From: a candidate division WOR-3 bacterium
GTDB lineage: Bacteria; Hydrothermota; Tepidihabitantia; B3-TA06
Length of the DNA: 64,000 bases
Assembly: GCA_965649265.1 (NCBI GenBank)
Contig: CBFGKC010000004.1
Location: forward strand, 24,331 to 88,330
Direction of reading: 5' to 3'
The position numbers were made by a program, and so were the translations under genes. This document shows, one piece after another, positions 46,040 to 54,837 of the stretch; position 1 is the first letter of the stretch; every line of letters starts with the position of its first letter. The notes under the pieces were generated by a model. It did no database searches and was not told where the DNA came from. It worked only from the letters and a program-made list of their open reading frames with translations.

Positions 46040-46075
46040 CCCCACGCCGCTGCGAGGCATCGCCGTGGGGGCCCC
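46040..46075 (+). repeat. 14-bp-stem/3-nt-loop hairpin with GCCCC tail (2 mismatches)
   Basis: CCCCACGCCGCTGC-GAG-GCATCGCCGTGGGG-GCCCC. Confidence 0.65.
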
Positions 46076-46104
46076 GGGGTGTGATTAGAGGGAGGAGGAG
46101 GGGA

Positions 46105-46132
46105 TTGACATATTTACAACCAAGGCTAATAT
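46105..46132 (+). promoter_or_regulatory. sigma70-like promoter TTGACA-N16-TAATAT
   Basis: Upstream of the GAGGAG SD of 46168. Confidence 0.55.
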
Positions 46133-46167
46133 TAGAATATATAAGATAGTGATTTTGAGGAGATTGA

Positions 46168-48588
46168 TTGGATTTGTATTCAATTTTGATTGAAATATTC
46201 GGGGGTTGGCTTATAGGTAAGGGCTTAGATGCGGCTTGGAATAAGATTTTCAAGAAAAAAATAGAGGATAAAAAACTTACTTCAACAGAGAACCAACTAC
46301 TTACAGATGCTGCGCATTTAATCCAATACCACGTAGACGATTTCCAAAATCGTTTTGAAGCTGAACTCAACAATCATATATTCGAATTAAGAAACAAGCA
46401 GAGTGAATTACTTGATGCAATAAATGCCCTTGGAATCTTACCTCAGCAAATTGATGTTAAATCAATTATAAATAAGGTTGTAAATTCGCCTTTTGAATTA
46501 TTTGTTGATTTAGAAACCTTCCTTGATCGTGTTGATGTTGAGTTGCGTGAAACAAAAAGCTACGTAGAACGTGGCGATGAGGTTAAAGTACTTGACGAAT
46601 TCCTTGATTCGGGAAATAAACTACTTCTCATTCATGGCGAACCTGGTATTGGCAAGACAAGATTATTGATTGAATATACTAAGTCTTTAGAAGTAAAAGG
46701 GTGGCAAGGATTATTCTGCTCCAAGTTAGGGAACCCGACAGATCGTGAATATGCTACAGCGATAGAAGGACTCAGCAAAGGAAAGAACCTTATAATTCTT
46801 GCCGACAAAATTGAGGAAGTTCCCAATCTGAAAACTATTCTCGATTTTCTCATCGCAACTCCTAGCCTTGACTTCGATAATGATGTTAAAGTGATAGGTA
46901 GTACGGTTAGTCCTCAAAAGATTACCAGAGAAGACTTGCACCGGATAACAACAATTTATGAACTTAGAACGTTTCCTACACTTGAGGGGTTAAAGGAAAT
47001 TGCAAGGAAGAATTTTCCTGTTGCCGCAACAAATATAGATCTTAATCGGATGGCGCAAGCGTGTCAAGGATATCCTGATGCAGTAATTGCTATTTTTAAC
47101 CTTCTTAAGCAAGGTGATGTATCGTTTGAAGAATTGTCCGATCGCGATCGAATCCTTAATCGACGTTTTGAGGTGATGTATAATGAATTGGGGAGATACA
47201 AATTTGCTTTGGCCATTATGGCCGCAGTAAGAATGATTCGGGAAGTGGATTTGAAAATCTACAATGATTTATATGCCGACTATGGTGAAGGGACCTTTAC
47301 GCGCGCATTAAACGACGATAAGTTAAAAACCTATGTATTTCAAGGAGAAGATTTATTCGGTGAGCCAGTAAGGTACTTTATTGCGAGGGAATTGTTTGCG
47401 AGTTACTTAGTTAAAAAGGTGTTTTTGGATGGAGGAGCCATAGGTGACCTAGCGCGCTTAGCTGATTGTGTTGCAAAAACACACATCGTAGCCCTATTTG
47501 TTTCTACCATTCTTTCCTTTCACAATAATGATAACTATAAGAATAAATGCGACCGAGCTGTTGAAACTTTTTTGAAAACTACTCAGGAAGAAGCACCACT
47601 TGACGCTGTAATGGCTGCGCTTCCTCACCTTCCTTGGTTATATTCTCGAAAGGCGGTTATATACAAGAGTATAGATTGGGAGAGACTAAAGAAACGGTTA
47701 CCTGAATACCAAGACCCTTTTGTTAGGGCAAATGCAGTATTGGAAATTTGTAGGGCGCTTTTTAAATTAGAAAAAACAGATCAGACCCAGGAATGGTTCA
47801 ATTATTGTTTAAAGACAGCACGTGAATCGAAATGTTTTTCTCAAGTCGTGGAAGTGACAAAGACACTCAGCTCATTATTGTCTAACATAGGTGAACACGA
47901 AAAAGCATTTGATGTATTAGAAGGTCTTAAAGAACATCACGAAAAGATGGGTGTAAAACCAGTAGCTGCTCGGTATTTTCACGAATTAGGGTTACTTGCA
48001 GAAGACAAAGGTGATTTTGAAGAAGCATGGAAACTTCAAAGTAAAGCTAAAGACTTATTCATGAAGCTGGGTGACGAAAAGAATTTTGGTGTTATGATTG
48101 ACAGAATGGGGAACCTTGCTTTAAAACAAGGTAAATACGATTTGGCCAAAGAGCTTTGTGAGGAAAGCTTAAAAATGTCTATAAAATTAGACGATCAATT
48201 GGGAATAGCAATATCATTTCACCAACGTGCTACCCTTGCTCATTTGACAGGTGAGTCCAATAAAGCCCGTAGATTCTTCAAAAAAAGTATTGAAATCAAA
48301 GAACAGCTAAATAATAGAGCCGCTATTGGTATTTCTTTGTCGTTACTGGGTCTAGGCGGTGTTGAAGAACATGAACAAAATTACTATCAAGCTTTTATTA
48401 ATTATTATAATGCTTTGCTAATCTATTTAGATGTGGATAGATCAAGAGTTCCTTATGCTTTAACTTCCTTTTCTCACTTACTCACAAAAATAGGAGCAGA
48501 AGAATTTAATCGAATTGCGACCCAAGTTGGTGCTGAATTTGATCAAGATTTGAGCTTCATTCTTAAATGGATTAAACCAAAAATATAA
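46168..48588 (+). CDS. AT-rich STAND-like P-loop ATPase with C-terminal TPR repeats
   Basis: YVERGDE..L..FL, LLIHGEPGIGKTRL, CQGYP (GxP); TPRs from about aa 520; composition clearly AT-richer than the flanks. Confidence 0.85.
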   Translation: MDLYSILIEIFGGWLIGKGLDAAWNKIFKKKIEDKKLTSTENQLLTDAAHLIQYHVDDFQNRFEAELNNHIFELRNKQSELLDAINALGILPQQIDVKSIINKVVNSPFELFVDLETFLDRVDVELRETKSYVERGDEVKVLDEFLDSGNKLLLIHGEPGIGKTRLLIEYTKSLEVKGWQGLFCSKLGNPTDREYATAIEGLSKGKNLIILADKIEEVPNLKTILDFLIATPSLDFDNDVKVIGSTVSPQKITREDLHRITTIYELRTFPTLEGLKEIARKNFPVAATNIDLNRMAQACQGYPDAVIAIFNLLKQGDVSFEELSDRDRILNRRFEVMYNELGRYKFALAIMAAVRMIREVDLKIYNDLYADYGEGTFTRALNDDKLKTYVFQGEDLFGEPVRYFIARELFASYLVKKVFLDGGAIGDLARLADCVAKTHIVALFVSTILSFHNNDNYKNKCDRAVETFLKTTQEEAPLDAVMAALPHLPWLYSRKAVIYKSIDWERLKKRLPEYQDPFVRANAVLEICRALFKLEKTDQTQEWFNYCLKTARESKCFSQVVEVTKTLSSLLSNIGEHEKAFDVLEGLKEHHEKMGVKPVAARYFHELGLLAEDKGDFEEAWKLQSKAKDLFMKLGDEKNFGVMIDRMGNLALKQGKYDLAKELCEESLKMSIKLDDQLGIAISFHQRATLAHLTGESNKARRFFKKSIEIKEQLNNRAAIGISLSLLGLGGVEEHEQNYYQAFINYYNALLIYLDVDRSRVPYALTSFSHLLTKIGAEEFNRIATQVGAEFDQDLSFILKWIKPKI

Positions 48589-48620
48589 ATTTTTCCCCTT
48601 TTTCGTCCCCAAAAACCCCA

Positions 48621-48665
48621 TTTTGTCCATCTTTTGTCCTACTTATTTTTGTCCCACTTTTGTCC
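48621..48665 (+). repeat. four TTTTGTCC units; the first 25 bp are identical to 7476-7500
   Basis: Units start at 48621, 48632, 48647 and 48658. Confidence 0.85.
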
Positions 48666-48687
48666 AGCTTTTTTGCGCGCTATTTGC

Positions 48688-48715
48688 TTGACAAGCGTTG
48701 TTCCAGGCGTATCTT
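48688..48715 (+). promoter_or_regulatory. sigma70-like promoter TTGACA-N16-TATCTT
   Basis: Upstream of cdd. Confidence 0.55.
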
Positions 48716-48725
48716 ATAGTTTAAT

Positions 48726-49157
48726 ATGTCACGGGAAAGCGGTTCCGAAACAACCGTGTCGGAACTATTGTTGAAAGACCTTGCAAGTGCCGCAAAAGCG
48801 GCGGTTAGGAATTCGTACTCGCCTTACTCGAAGTTTGCGGTGGGCGCCGCGGTGATTACGGCCACAAAAAAAATTTTCTCCGGAATTAATGTTGAGCATG
48901 CTTCTTTCGGGCTTTCTGTGTGCGCCGAACGGGTCGCGATTTGGAAAGCGATTGCAGAAGGCGAGCGCAAAATACTCGCTCTCGCCGTTTTTACGTCAAC
49001 TCCTGAGCCTGTAAGTCCCTGCGGTGCGTGCCTTGCCGTGCTGGGCGAGTTTGCGGACGGGGGGGCTCGAATCGTTATGCTGAATGAAAAAGAGGAAATC
49101 CGGTCAACACTCGACGAACTGTTGCCCGTCAGATTCAGTCTCAAGAAATTTACTTAA
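48726..49157 (+). CDS. cdd: cytidine deaminase (homotetrameric type)
   Basis: YSPYSKFAVGAA, GINVE.AS..CAER, SPCGAC, ELLP..F. Confidence 0.93.
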   Translation: MSRESGSETTVSELLLKDLASAAKAAVRNSYSPYSKFAVGAAVITATKKIFSGINVEHASFGLSVCAERVAIWKAIAEGERKILALAVFTSTPEPVSPCGACLAVLGEFADGGARIVMLNEKEEIRSTLDELLPVRFSLKKFT

Positions 49158-49174
49158 AACCAAAGGAGCTGCAA

Positions 49175-50524
49175 ATGGATCCTAAAGACGTCGAAAAACT
49201 TCTTGCAAAAGCCCAGAAACCGGGCAAAGATGCAATGATCATGCATCCCCACTACAAGGGGAAGATTCAGGTTACCGCGAAGTGTGCGGTGCGTTCGCTT
49301 TCCGACTTCGCCATCTGGTACACGCCGGGCGTGGCCAAGCCGTGCCTAGATATTCGCGACAATCCCGAGAAGGTGTTCGAGCATACCAACAAAGGCAACA
49401 TGGTCGCGGTCGTATCCGACGGCACGCGCGTTCTGGGTCTTGGCGACATAGGCCCCGAAGCCGGTCTTCCCGTGATGGAAGGTAAGGGGCTTCTATTCAA
49501 GTACTTAGGCGGCGTGGACGCTTTTCCCATCTGCCTCGACACCAAGGACCCGGACAAAATCATTGAGACCGTGCTTCTAATGCAGCCCTCCTTTGGCGGC
49601 GTAAACCTCGAAGACATCTCTCAGCCCAAATGTTTCTACGTACTCGACGAACTCCGCAAGCGCGCGCGCATACCGGTTTGGCACGACGACCAGCAAGGAA
49701 CCGCGGCCATAATTTACGCCGGGCTTATAAATGCAGTCAAACTCGTCGGGAAAAAGGTCCAGGATGTGAAACTCGTGTTCCTCGGCGCGGGCGCAGCCAA
49801 TATCCGCGCCGCGCATGTGTGCATTTCAGGCGGCTTCAAAGCGGAGAACATCATCCTTACCGATACCCAGGGCACCATTCACAAAGGTCGCACCGACCTC
49901 AAAGACAAGTACAAGGAGAAGTGGGAACTCGCTCTCATAACCAACAAAGAGCAGGTCAAGGGCGGACCTGAGGATGCCATGCGCGGAGCGGACGCTGTCG
50001 TGGGTGCATCCAAACCCGGCCCCGGAATCATATTGCCTGAGCATATCAAGGCCATGGCCAAAGACCCGATCGTCTTCCCGTGCGCGAACCCTGTGCCTGA
50101 GATATGGCCGTGGGAAGCGAAGGAAGCGGGTGCGGTGGTTGTTGCCACCGGGCGCTCCGACTTCCCCAACCAGGTAAACAACTCGCTCGGGTTCCCCGGC
50201 ATCTTTCGTGGAACCCTTGACGTTCGCGCCAAGACCATCACGGACGGCATGTGCATCGCAGCCGCAAAGGAACTCGCCAAGGTCGCCGAGGACAAGGGTC
50301 TGCGCGAGGACTACATCATCCCCTCCATGGACGAGTGGGAAGTGTTCCCGCGCGAGGCCGCGGCAGTCGGTATGCAGGCAATCAAGGAAGGCGTTGCCGG
50401 TATCACCAACGTAACGTACGACGATATAATGAAGAACGCCGAAAAGATAATCAAGGAAGCGCGTGAGTCTGTGCAGCTTCTCATGAAAGAAGGCTACATA
50501 CCGCCTACGCCCGAAGGAGTATGA
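49175..50524 (+). CDS. NAD(P)-dependent malic enzyme (single-domain type)
   Basis: YTPGVA, DGTRVLGLGDIG, PVMEGK, NLEDI, HDDQQGTA, ANPVPEI, TGRSDFPNQVNN. Confidence 0.95.
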   Translation: MDPKDVEKLLAKAQKPGKDAMIMHPHYKGKIQVTAKCAVRSLSDFAIWYTPGVAKPCLDIRDNPEKVFEHTNKGNMVAVVSDGTRVLGLGDIGPEAGLPVMEGKGLLFKYLGGVDAFPICLDTKDPDKIIETVLLMQPSFGGVNLEDISQPKCFYVLDELRKRARIPVWHDDQQGTAAIIYAGLINAVKLVGKKVQDVKLVFLGAGAANIRAAHVCISGGFKAENIILTDTQGTIHKGRTDLKDKYKEKWELALITNKEQVKGGPEDAMRGADAVVGASKPGPGIILPEHIKAMAKDPIVFPCANPVPEIWPWEAKEAGAVVVATGRSDFPNQVNNSLGFPGIFRGTLDVRAKTITDGMCIAAAKELAKVAEDKGLREDYIIPSMDEWEVFPREAAAVGMQAIKEGVAGITNVTYDDIMKNAEKIIKEARESVQLLMKEGYIPPTPEGV

Positions 50525-50660
50525 CGATTCACCAATGGTGAATCGTTCAGAAGTTTTTGGCTTATAATAGGCCAAAAACTTCACCACATTCCTGAGATTG
50601 ATCCTTTATCTTGGGAAGATTTGTGGAGTTAAAAAGATCACAGTACAATGAAAAGAATTT

Positions 50661-50689
50661 GAAGGCCGGCTTCAAGCTGGCCTTTTCTT
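50661..50689 (+). terminator. intrinsic terminator
   Basis: GAAGGCCGGC-TTCAA-GCTGGCCTTTTCTT. Confidence 0.7.
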
Positions 50690-50728
50690 ATTGCGGATCA
50701 CCTGACTAAAAGTCCACTTTCTACGCTC

Positions 50729-50756
50729 TTGACAAGTCCTGGTTAATTTTTATAGT
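50729..50756 (+). promoter_or_regulatory. sigma70-like promoter TTGACA-N16-TATAGT
   Basis: Upstream of an AAGGAGGT SD. Confidence 0.65.
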
Positions 50757-50784
50757 TACATAGTGGTCTAAAAAGGAGGTCGGA

Positions 50785-52770
50785 ATGACCGTAATAGTGC
50801 TACTCTTGGGGCAGGTCCCCATTCCCGACGTACATGTGATTGAGATGTTTCACAAGCAGGAGATGGCTAAAGCGTCACTATCGATTCCCGGCGATTACTG
50901 GGACCCCGGTCACGACTTCGACGTGCTCGATTACGATATCGGCGTGACGGTGGATATACCGCACGACTCTATCTGGGCGGCTGTCACCATCAAGATTAAG
51001 GCGCTCTCGGATACATTGGATACCTTGCGTTTGTTTCTCAACAGGCAGTTCAAGGTCGATTCAATAAAAGAAGGAGAGAGAGCACTTGGCTATATGATGC
51101 TCTGGCATAGGGAATTCAATGTTGACATGGGCAGATCCGTTGCAGACGGAGAGACTCTTTCCATAGTCGTATACTATCACGGCAGGCCGTTTCCATTCAA
51201 CGATGGTGGATTGTACATTGAGTCTTCGGATACCGATTCCTCGGTCACGTATACCGAATGCGAGCCTCAAGGTGCTCGCAACTGGATACCATGTTATGAC
51301 TCGCCGTCGGATAAGGCAACTTTCACTCAGCGTATTACGGTGCCTGCTGAAACCAAGGTCGTGGCTAACGGATCGCTTGAATCATATAATACCACGGGTC
51401 CATGGTGGACGTACACATGGCGGGAGCATTACCCTCAGGCGACCTACCTCATTGCCTTTGCTGCGAGCAAGCACTTCGTAAGAAAAGACACTTTTGCACT
51501 AATAGAGGGTAAAAAGGTTCCTGTCAGTACATGGATGCTGGCTTGTCACGACGTTTCAGACAAGTTCAAAAGAACGTCTGAGATGCTCGAGTTTTTCTCT
51601 GAGATCTTTCCGCCTTACCCCTTTGCATCCGAGAAGTATGGCCATGTTCATAAGCCAGGTAATGGAGCCATGGAGAACACCACATGCACGTTTTTTGACA
51701 CATATTATCCTTGGGGAGATAGTGATTGGGACTGGGGAATTTCTCACGAACTGGCCCATCAATGGTGGGGCGACTGGCTTACCTGCGCCACATGGGCAGA
51801 TATCTGGCTCAATGAAGGTTTTGCTTCTTACTGCGAAGCGCTGTGGTGGGAGAAAGCATACGGCAAGGAAGGGTACGATGCGTACGTGGATTCGTCCTTG
51901 ATGGACTTCTATTTTGAGTATGGCAATGCAAACCCGATATACGATGATCCTCAAATATTCAGTGCCCAAACCTACGATAAGGCAGGCAGCGTCCTCCACA
52001 TGCTTCGTCAGGTACTCGGAGACACAGTTTTCTTCACCGGCCTTAAAAAATATGCCCTTGATAACGCGAACGAGAGCGTGATAACGGACGACTTCCAGAA
52101 CGCTATTGAGGATGTCTCGGGTCGTGACCTCGACTGGTTCTTCGACGAGTGGATTTACGGCCCCGGTCATCCTCACTACGAAACGGGCTGGAAACCCGTA
52201 ACACCTGCCACAAACTCGTCCTCGAGTGATTTAGCCTCGACCTGGCAAATCGAATTCGCGGTGTCGCAGATGCAGGATCAGACAGAGAACTACTTTCCTT
52301 TCCGCATGCCCCTTGAGATAGGCGTCTATCACTCCGGTATCGAAGAAATATTCTCTTTTACCGACAGCACCGGCTACCAGCGGTTCACGGTCGAGACTTC
52401 TTACAAACCCGATTCTTTCCTGCTCGATCCTCACAACAAGATACTCAAAGAGGTGGTCTACCACGAGAGCGTAGACGACGTGCCCGATCCCGGAATAGGG
52501 GAGGCCCCTCTTGATCCTCAGGCTCCTCTCGCCCTCTCTGCCGATGGGATGTTCAGGGACGTCCTGCACGTGCGGTTTTCGAACCCGTCGAGCGAACGGA
52601 TGTCCCTTTCACTCTATGACGCTTCAGGCAGGCTTATCAAGAGCTTCTATAATGGTCAAAGCAAGGAGTTCTACCGCGTCTATCCCCTTGCCGACATCCC
52701 CGCCGGTGTCTACTTTTTGAGGCTCGAGAACAGTGTAAGCTCTGAGCGGATAAAAACGATCAAGCTTTAA
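50785..52770 (+). CDS. M1 family zinc aminopeptidase with T9SS-type CTD
   Basis: GAMEN, HELAHQWWG..WLNEGFA; CTD LYDASGR..GVYFLRL. Confidence 0.93.
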   Translation: MTVIVLLLGQVPIPDVHVIEMFHKQEMAKASLSIPGDYWDPGHDFDVLDYDIGVTVDIPHDSIWAAVTIKIKALSDTLDTLRLFLNRQFKVDSIKEGERALGYMMLWHREFNVDMGRSVADGETLSIVVYYHGRPFPFNDGGLYIESSDTDSSVTYTECEPQGARNWIPCYDSPSDKATFTQRITVPAETKVVANGSLESYNTTGPWWTYTWREHYPQATYLIAFAASKHFVRKDTFALIEGKKVPVSTWMLACHDVSDKFKRTSEMLEFFSEIFPPYPFASEKYGHVHKPGNGAMENTTCTFFDTYYPWGDSDWDWGISHELAHQWWGDWLTCATWADIWLNEGFASYCEALWWEKAYGKEGYDAYVDSSLMDFYFEYGNANPIYDDPQIFSAQTYDKAGSVLHMLRQVLGDTVFFTGLKKYALDNANESVITDDFQNAIEDVSGRDLDWFFDEWIYGPGHPHYETGWKPVTPATNSSSSDLASTWQIEFAVSQMQDQTENYFPFRMPLEIGVYHSGIEEIFSFTDSTGYQRFTVETSYKPDSFLLDPHNKILKEVVYHESVDDVPDPGIGEAPLDPQAPLALSADGMFRDVLHVRFSNPSSERMSLSLYDASGRLIKSFYNGQSKEFYRVYPLADIPAGVYFLRLENSVSSERIKTIKL

Positions 52771-52800
52771 TGATAATCAATTACAGTGCCCCTCGGCTTG

Positions 52801-52828
52801 TTGACAATCTATGCCCAAGGGCTAAACT
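52801..52828 (+). promoter_or_regulatory. sigma70-like promoter TTGACA-N16-TAAACT
   Basis: Upstream of the second aminopeptidase. Confidence 0.6.
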
Positions 52829-52864
52829 CTTAGTCTATTAACTTTAAAAAAGGATGGCATCATA

Positions 52865-54835
52865 ATGCTTTCATTGATTTGTCTTATGATCGGCGCACCA
52901 GGTTTCAATCAATCCTTTCCGACTCCAGAACAGCGTCTGCTGCTTCACCAAAACGAGCAGCTCTCGAATCGTCTGTCCATGCCCGGAGATTACTGGGATG
53001 ACGGCCACGATTTCGACGTGCTCGACTACGACATCAAGATGACTGTCGACGTCCCGCACGATACTCTTTGGGCGGCGGTTACCGTCAAAGCCTTAACTCT
53101 TGCGGAAAACATCGATACGCTGCGCATGAATTTTCACTGGGCCCTGAAGATAGATTCCATTAAGGAAAATAGCCGTTCGCTCACGTGGAAGCCGGTATTT
53201 ATCGGCGATTTCAAGATAGCCCTGGGTCGAGAAGTCGAGAACGGCGAGACTCTTTCAGTTGTCGTCTACTATCACGGCAGACCCGTGGACGGATTGTATA
53301 TTCAGGACGCAGCAACCGACGCCGCGCTGGTTTTCACTAACTGCGAACCCGAGGGCGCGCGGAACTGGATACCTTGCTACGACGCTCCTTCGGACAAGGC
53401 CACTTTTACGCAGTCCATAACGGTTCCTGCCGATTTCCGCGTCGTCGCAAACGGAACGCTGGAGAGCGCCAAGACGACAGGGTCGTGGTGGACCTACACA
53501 TGGCGGGAGCATTATCCTCAGGCAACCTATCTCATTGCTTTTGCGGCGAGCAAGCGCTTCCTGACCAAAGACACCTTTGCGGTCGTTCTGGGCAATCACG
53601 TGCCGATGAGGGCATGGGTGCTCGAATCGAACGACGTTCGAAGCAAGTTCGACGTAACGCCCGCCATACTCGAACATTTTTCCGAAATCTTTCCTCCTTA
53701 TCCTTTTGCAGACGAGAAGTACGATCACGTTCACGCGCCTATAGGCGGAGCCATGGAGAATACCACCTGCACGTTCATCAACACAGACGTCAACTGGGGA
53801 GATGGGAACTGGGATTGGGTTATTGCTCATGAGCTTTCTCATGACTGGTGGGGGGACTGGCTTACGTGCGCGACCTGGGCAGATGTATGGCTCAACGAAG
53901 GATTCGCCACTTACTGCGAGCTATTGTGGTACGAAAAGCTCAACGGTTTTGAGGGGCAAAAAGCCTACGCTCGTTACATCATGGACATCTACCTGGAGTA
54001 CGGGGATCCGTTCCCTGTATATGATCCCGCGCAGCTTTTCGGAATCAACTCGTACGAGAAGGGTGGATGCGTCCTGCATATGCTGCGCTGGGTTCTCGGT
54101 GATTCCCTGTTCTTTGCCGGCCTCAACGCCTATGCTCTGGCGAACGCGAACGAGAGCGTGATAACGGACGACTTCCAGAATAAGATGGAAGAGGTGTCGG
54201 ACCGCGATCTTGACTGGTTTTTTGACGAGTGGATTTACGGCGGCGGGCATCCTTACTACAAGATCGGCTGGGACCCGGTACCGGCTTCCGGCGGAAAATA
54301 CAATGTAGATTTTGCAATAGCCCAGGTGCAAAACCAGGCTGTCCACTACTTTCCTTTTCGAATGCCGCTTGAGGTAGCGGTTTATGCCTCGGGAACAAGA
54401 TACGTTTTTCCTTTCACCGACAGCATCGGTTACCAGACCTTTCAGGTACAAGTGCCTTCTAAACCCGATTCCTTCAGGCTCGATCCGGATACGAAGGTTC
54501 TCTTTGAATCGGAACAATTCGATGATATCGATTCTGTTCCCTACATTCCTACAGGAATCGCAGACGACAAAACCCCGGCCACTCCGGCATCCCTCACCGC
54601 CGATGCGATCGTTAAAGATTTTCTCAGAATCAGCTTCACCCAGCAATCAATCGAACAGGTTTCTTTGAATCTCTATGATGCCTCAGGCCGCAGGGTAAAA
54701 ACATTTTACGAGGGCAGCACGAAGGAATTCTCGAGGGTTTATCCCTTGCGCAACCTCAGCAGCGGTGTTTATTTTGTGCGCCTTGAACGATCGGGACAGG
54801 CATCAATAACTGCAAAAACCGTCAAAATCAGATAA
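52865..54835 (+). CDS. M1 family zinc aminopeptidase with T9SS-type CTD
   Basis: GGAMEN, HELSHDWWG..WLNEGFA; CTD LYDASGR..SGVYFVRL. Confidence 0.93.
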   Translation: MLSLICLMIGAPGFNQSFPTPEQRLLLHQNEQLSNRLSMPGDYWDDGHDFDVLDYDIKMTVDVPHDTLWAAVTVKALTLAENIDTLRMNFHWALKIDSIKENSRSLTWKPVFIGDFKIALGREVENGETLSVVVYYHGRPVDGLYIQDAATDAALVFTNCEPEGARNWIPCYDAPSDKATFTQSITVPADFRVVANGTLESAKTTGSWWTYTWREHYPQATYLIAFAASKRFLTKDTFAVVLGNHVPMRAWVLESNDVRSKFDVTPAILEHFSEIFPPYPFADEKYDHVHAPIGGAMENTTCTFINTDVNWGDGNWDWVIAHELSHDWWGDWLTCATWADVWLNEGFATYCELLWYEKLNGFEGQKAYARYIMDIYLEYGDPFPVYDPAQLFGINSYEKGGCVLHMLRWVLGDSLFFAGLNAYALANANESVITDDFQNKMEEVSDRDLDWFFDEWIYGGGHPYYKIGWDPVPASGGKYNVDFAIAQVQNQAVHYFPFRMPLEVAVYASGTRYVFPFTDSIGYQTFQVQVPSKPDSFRLDPDTKVLFESEQFDDIDSVPYIPTGIADDKTPATPASLTADAIVKDFLRISFTQQSIEQVSLNLYDASGRRVKTFYEGSTKEFSRVYPLRNLSSGVYFVRLERSGQASITAKTVKIR

Positions 54836-54837
54836 TC

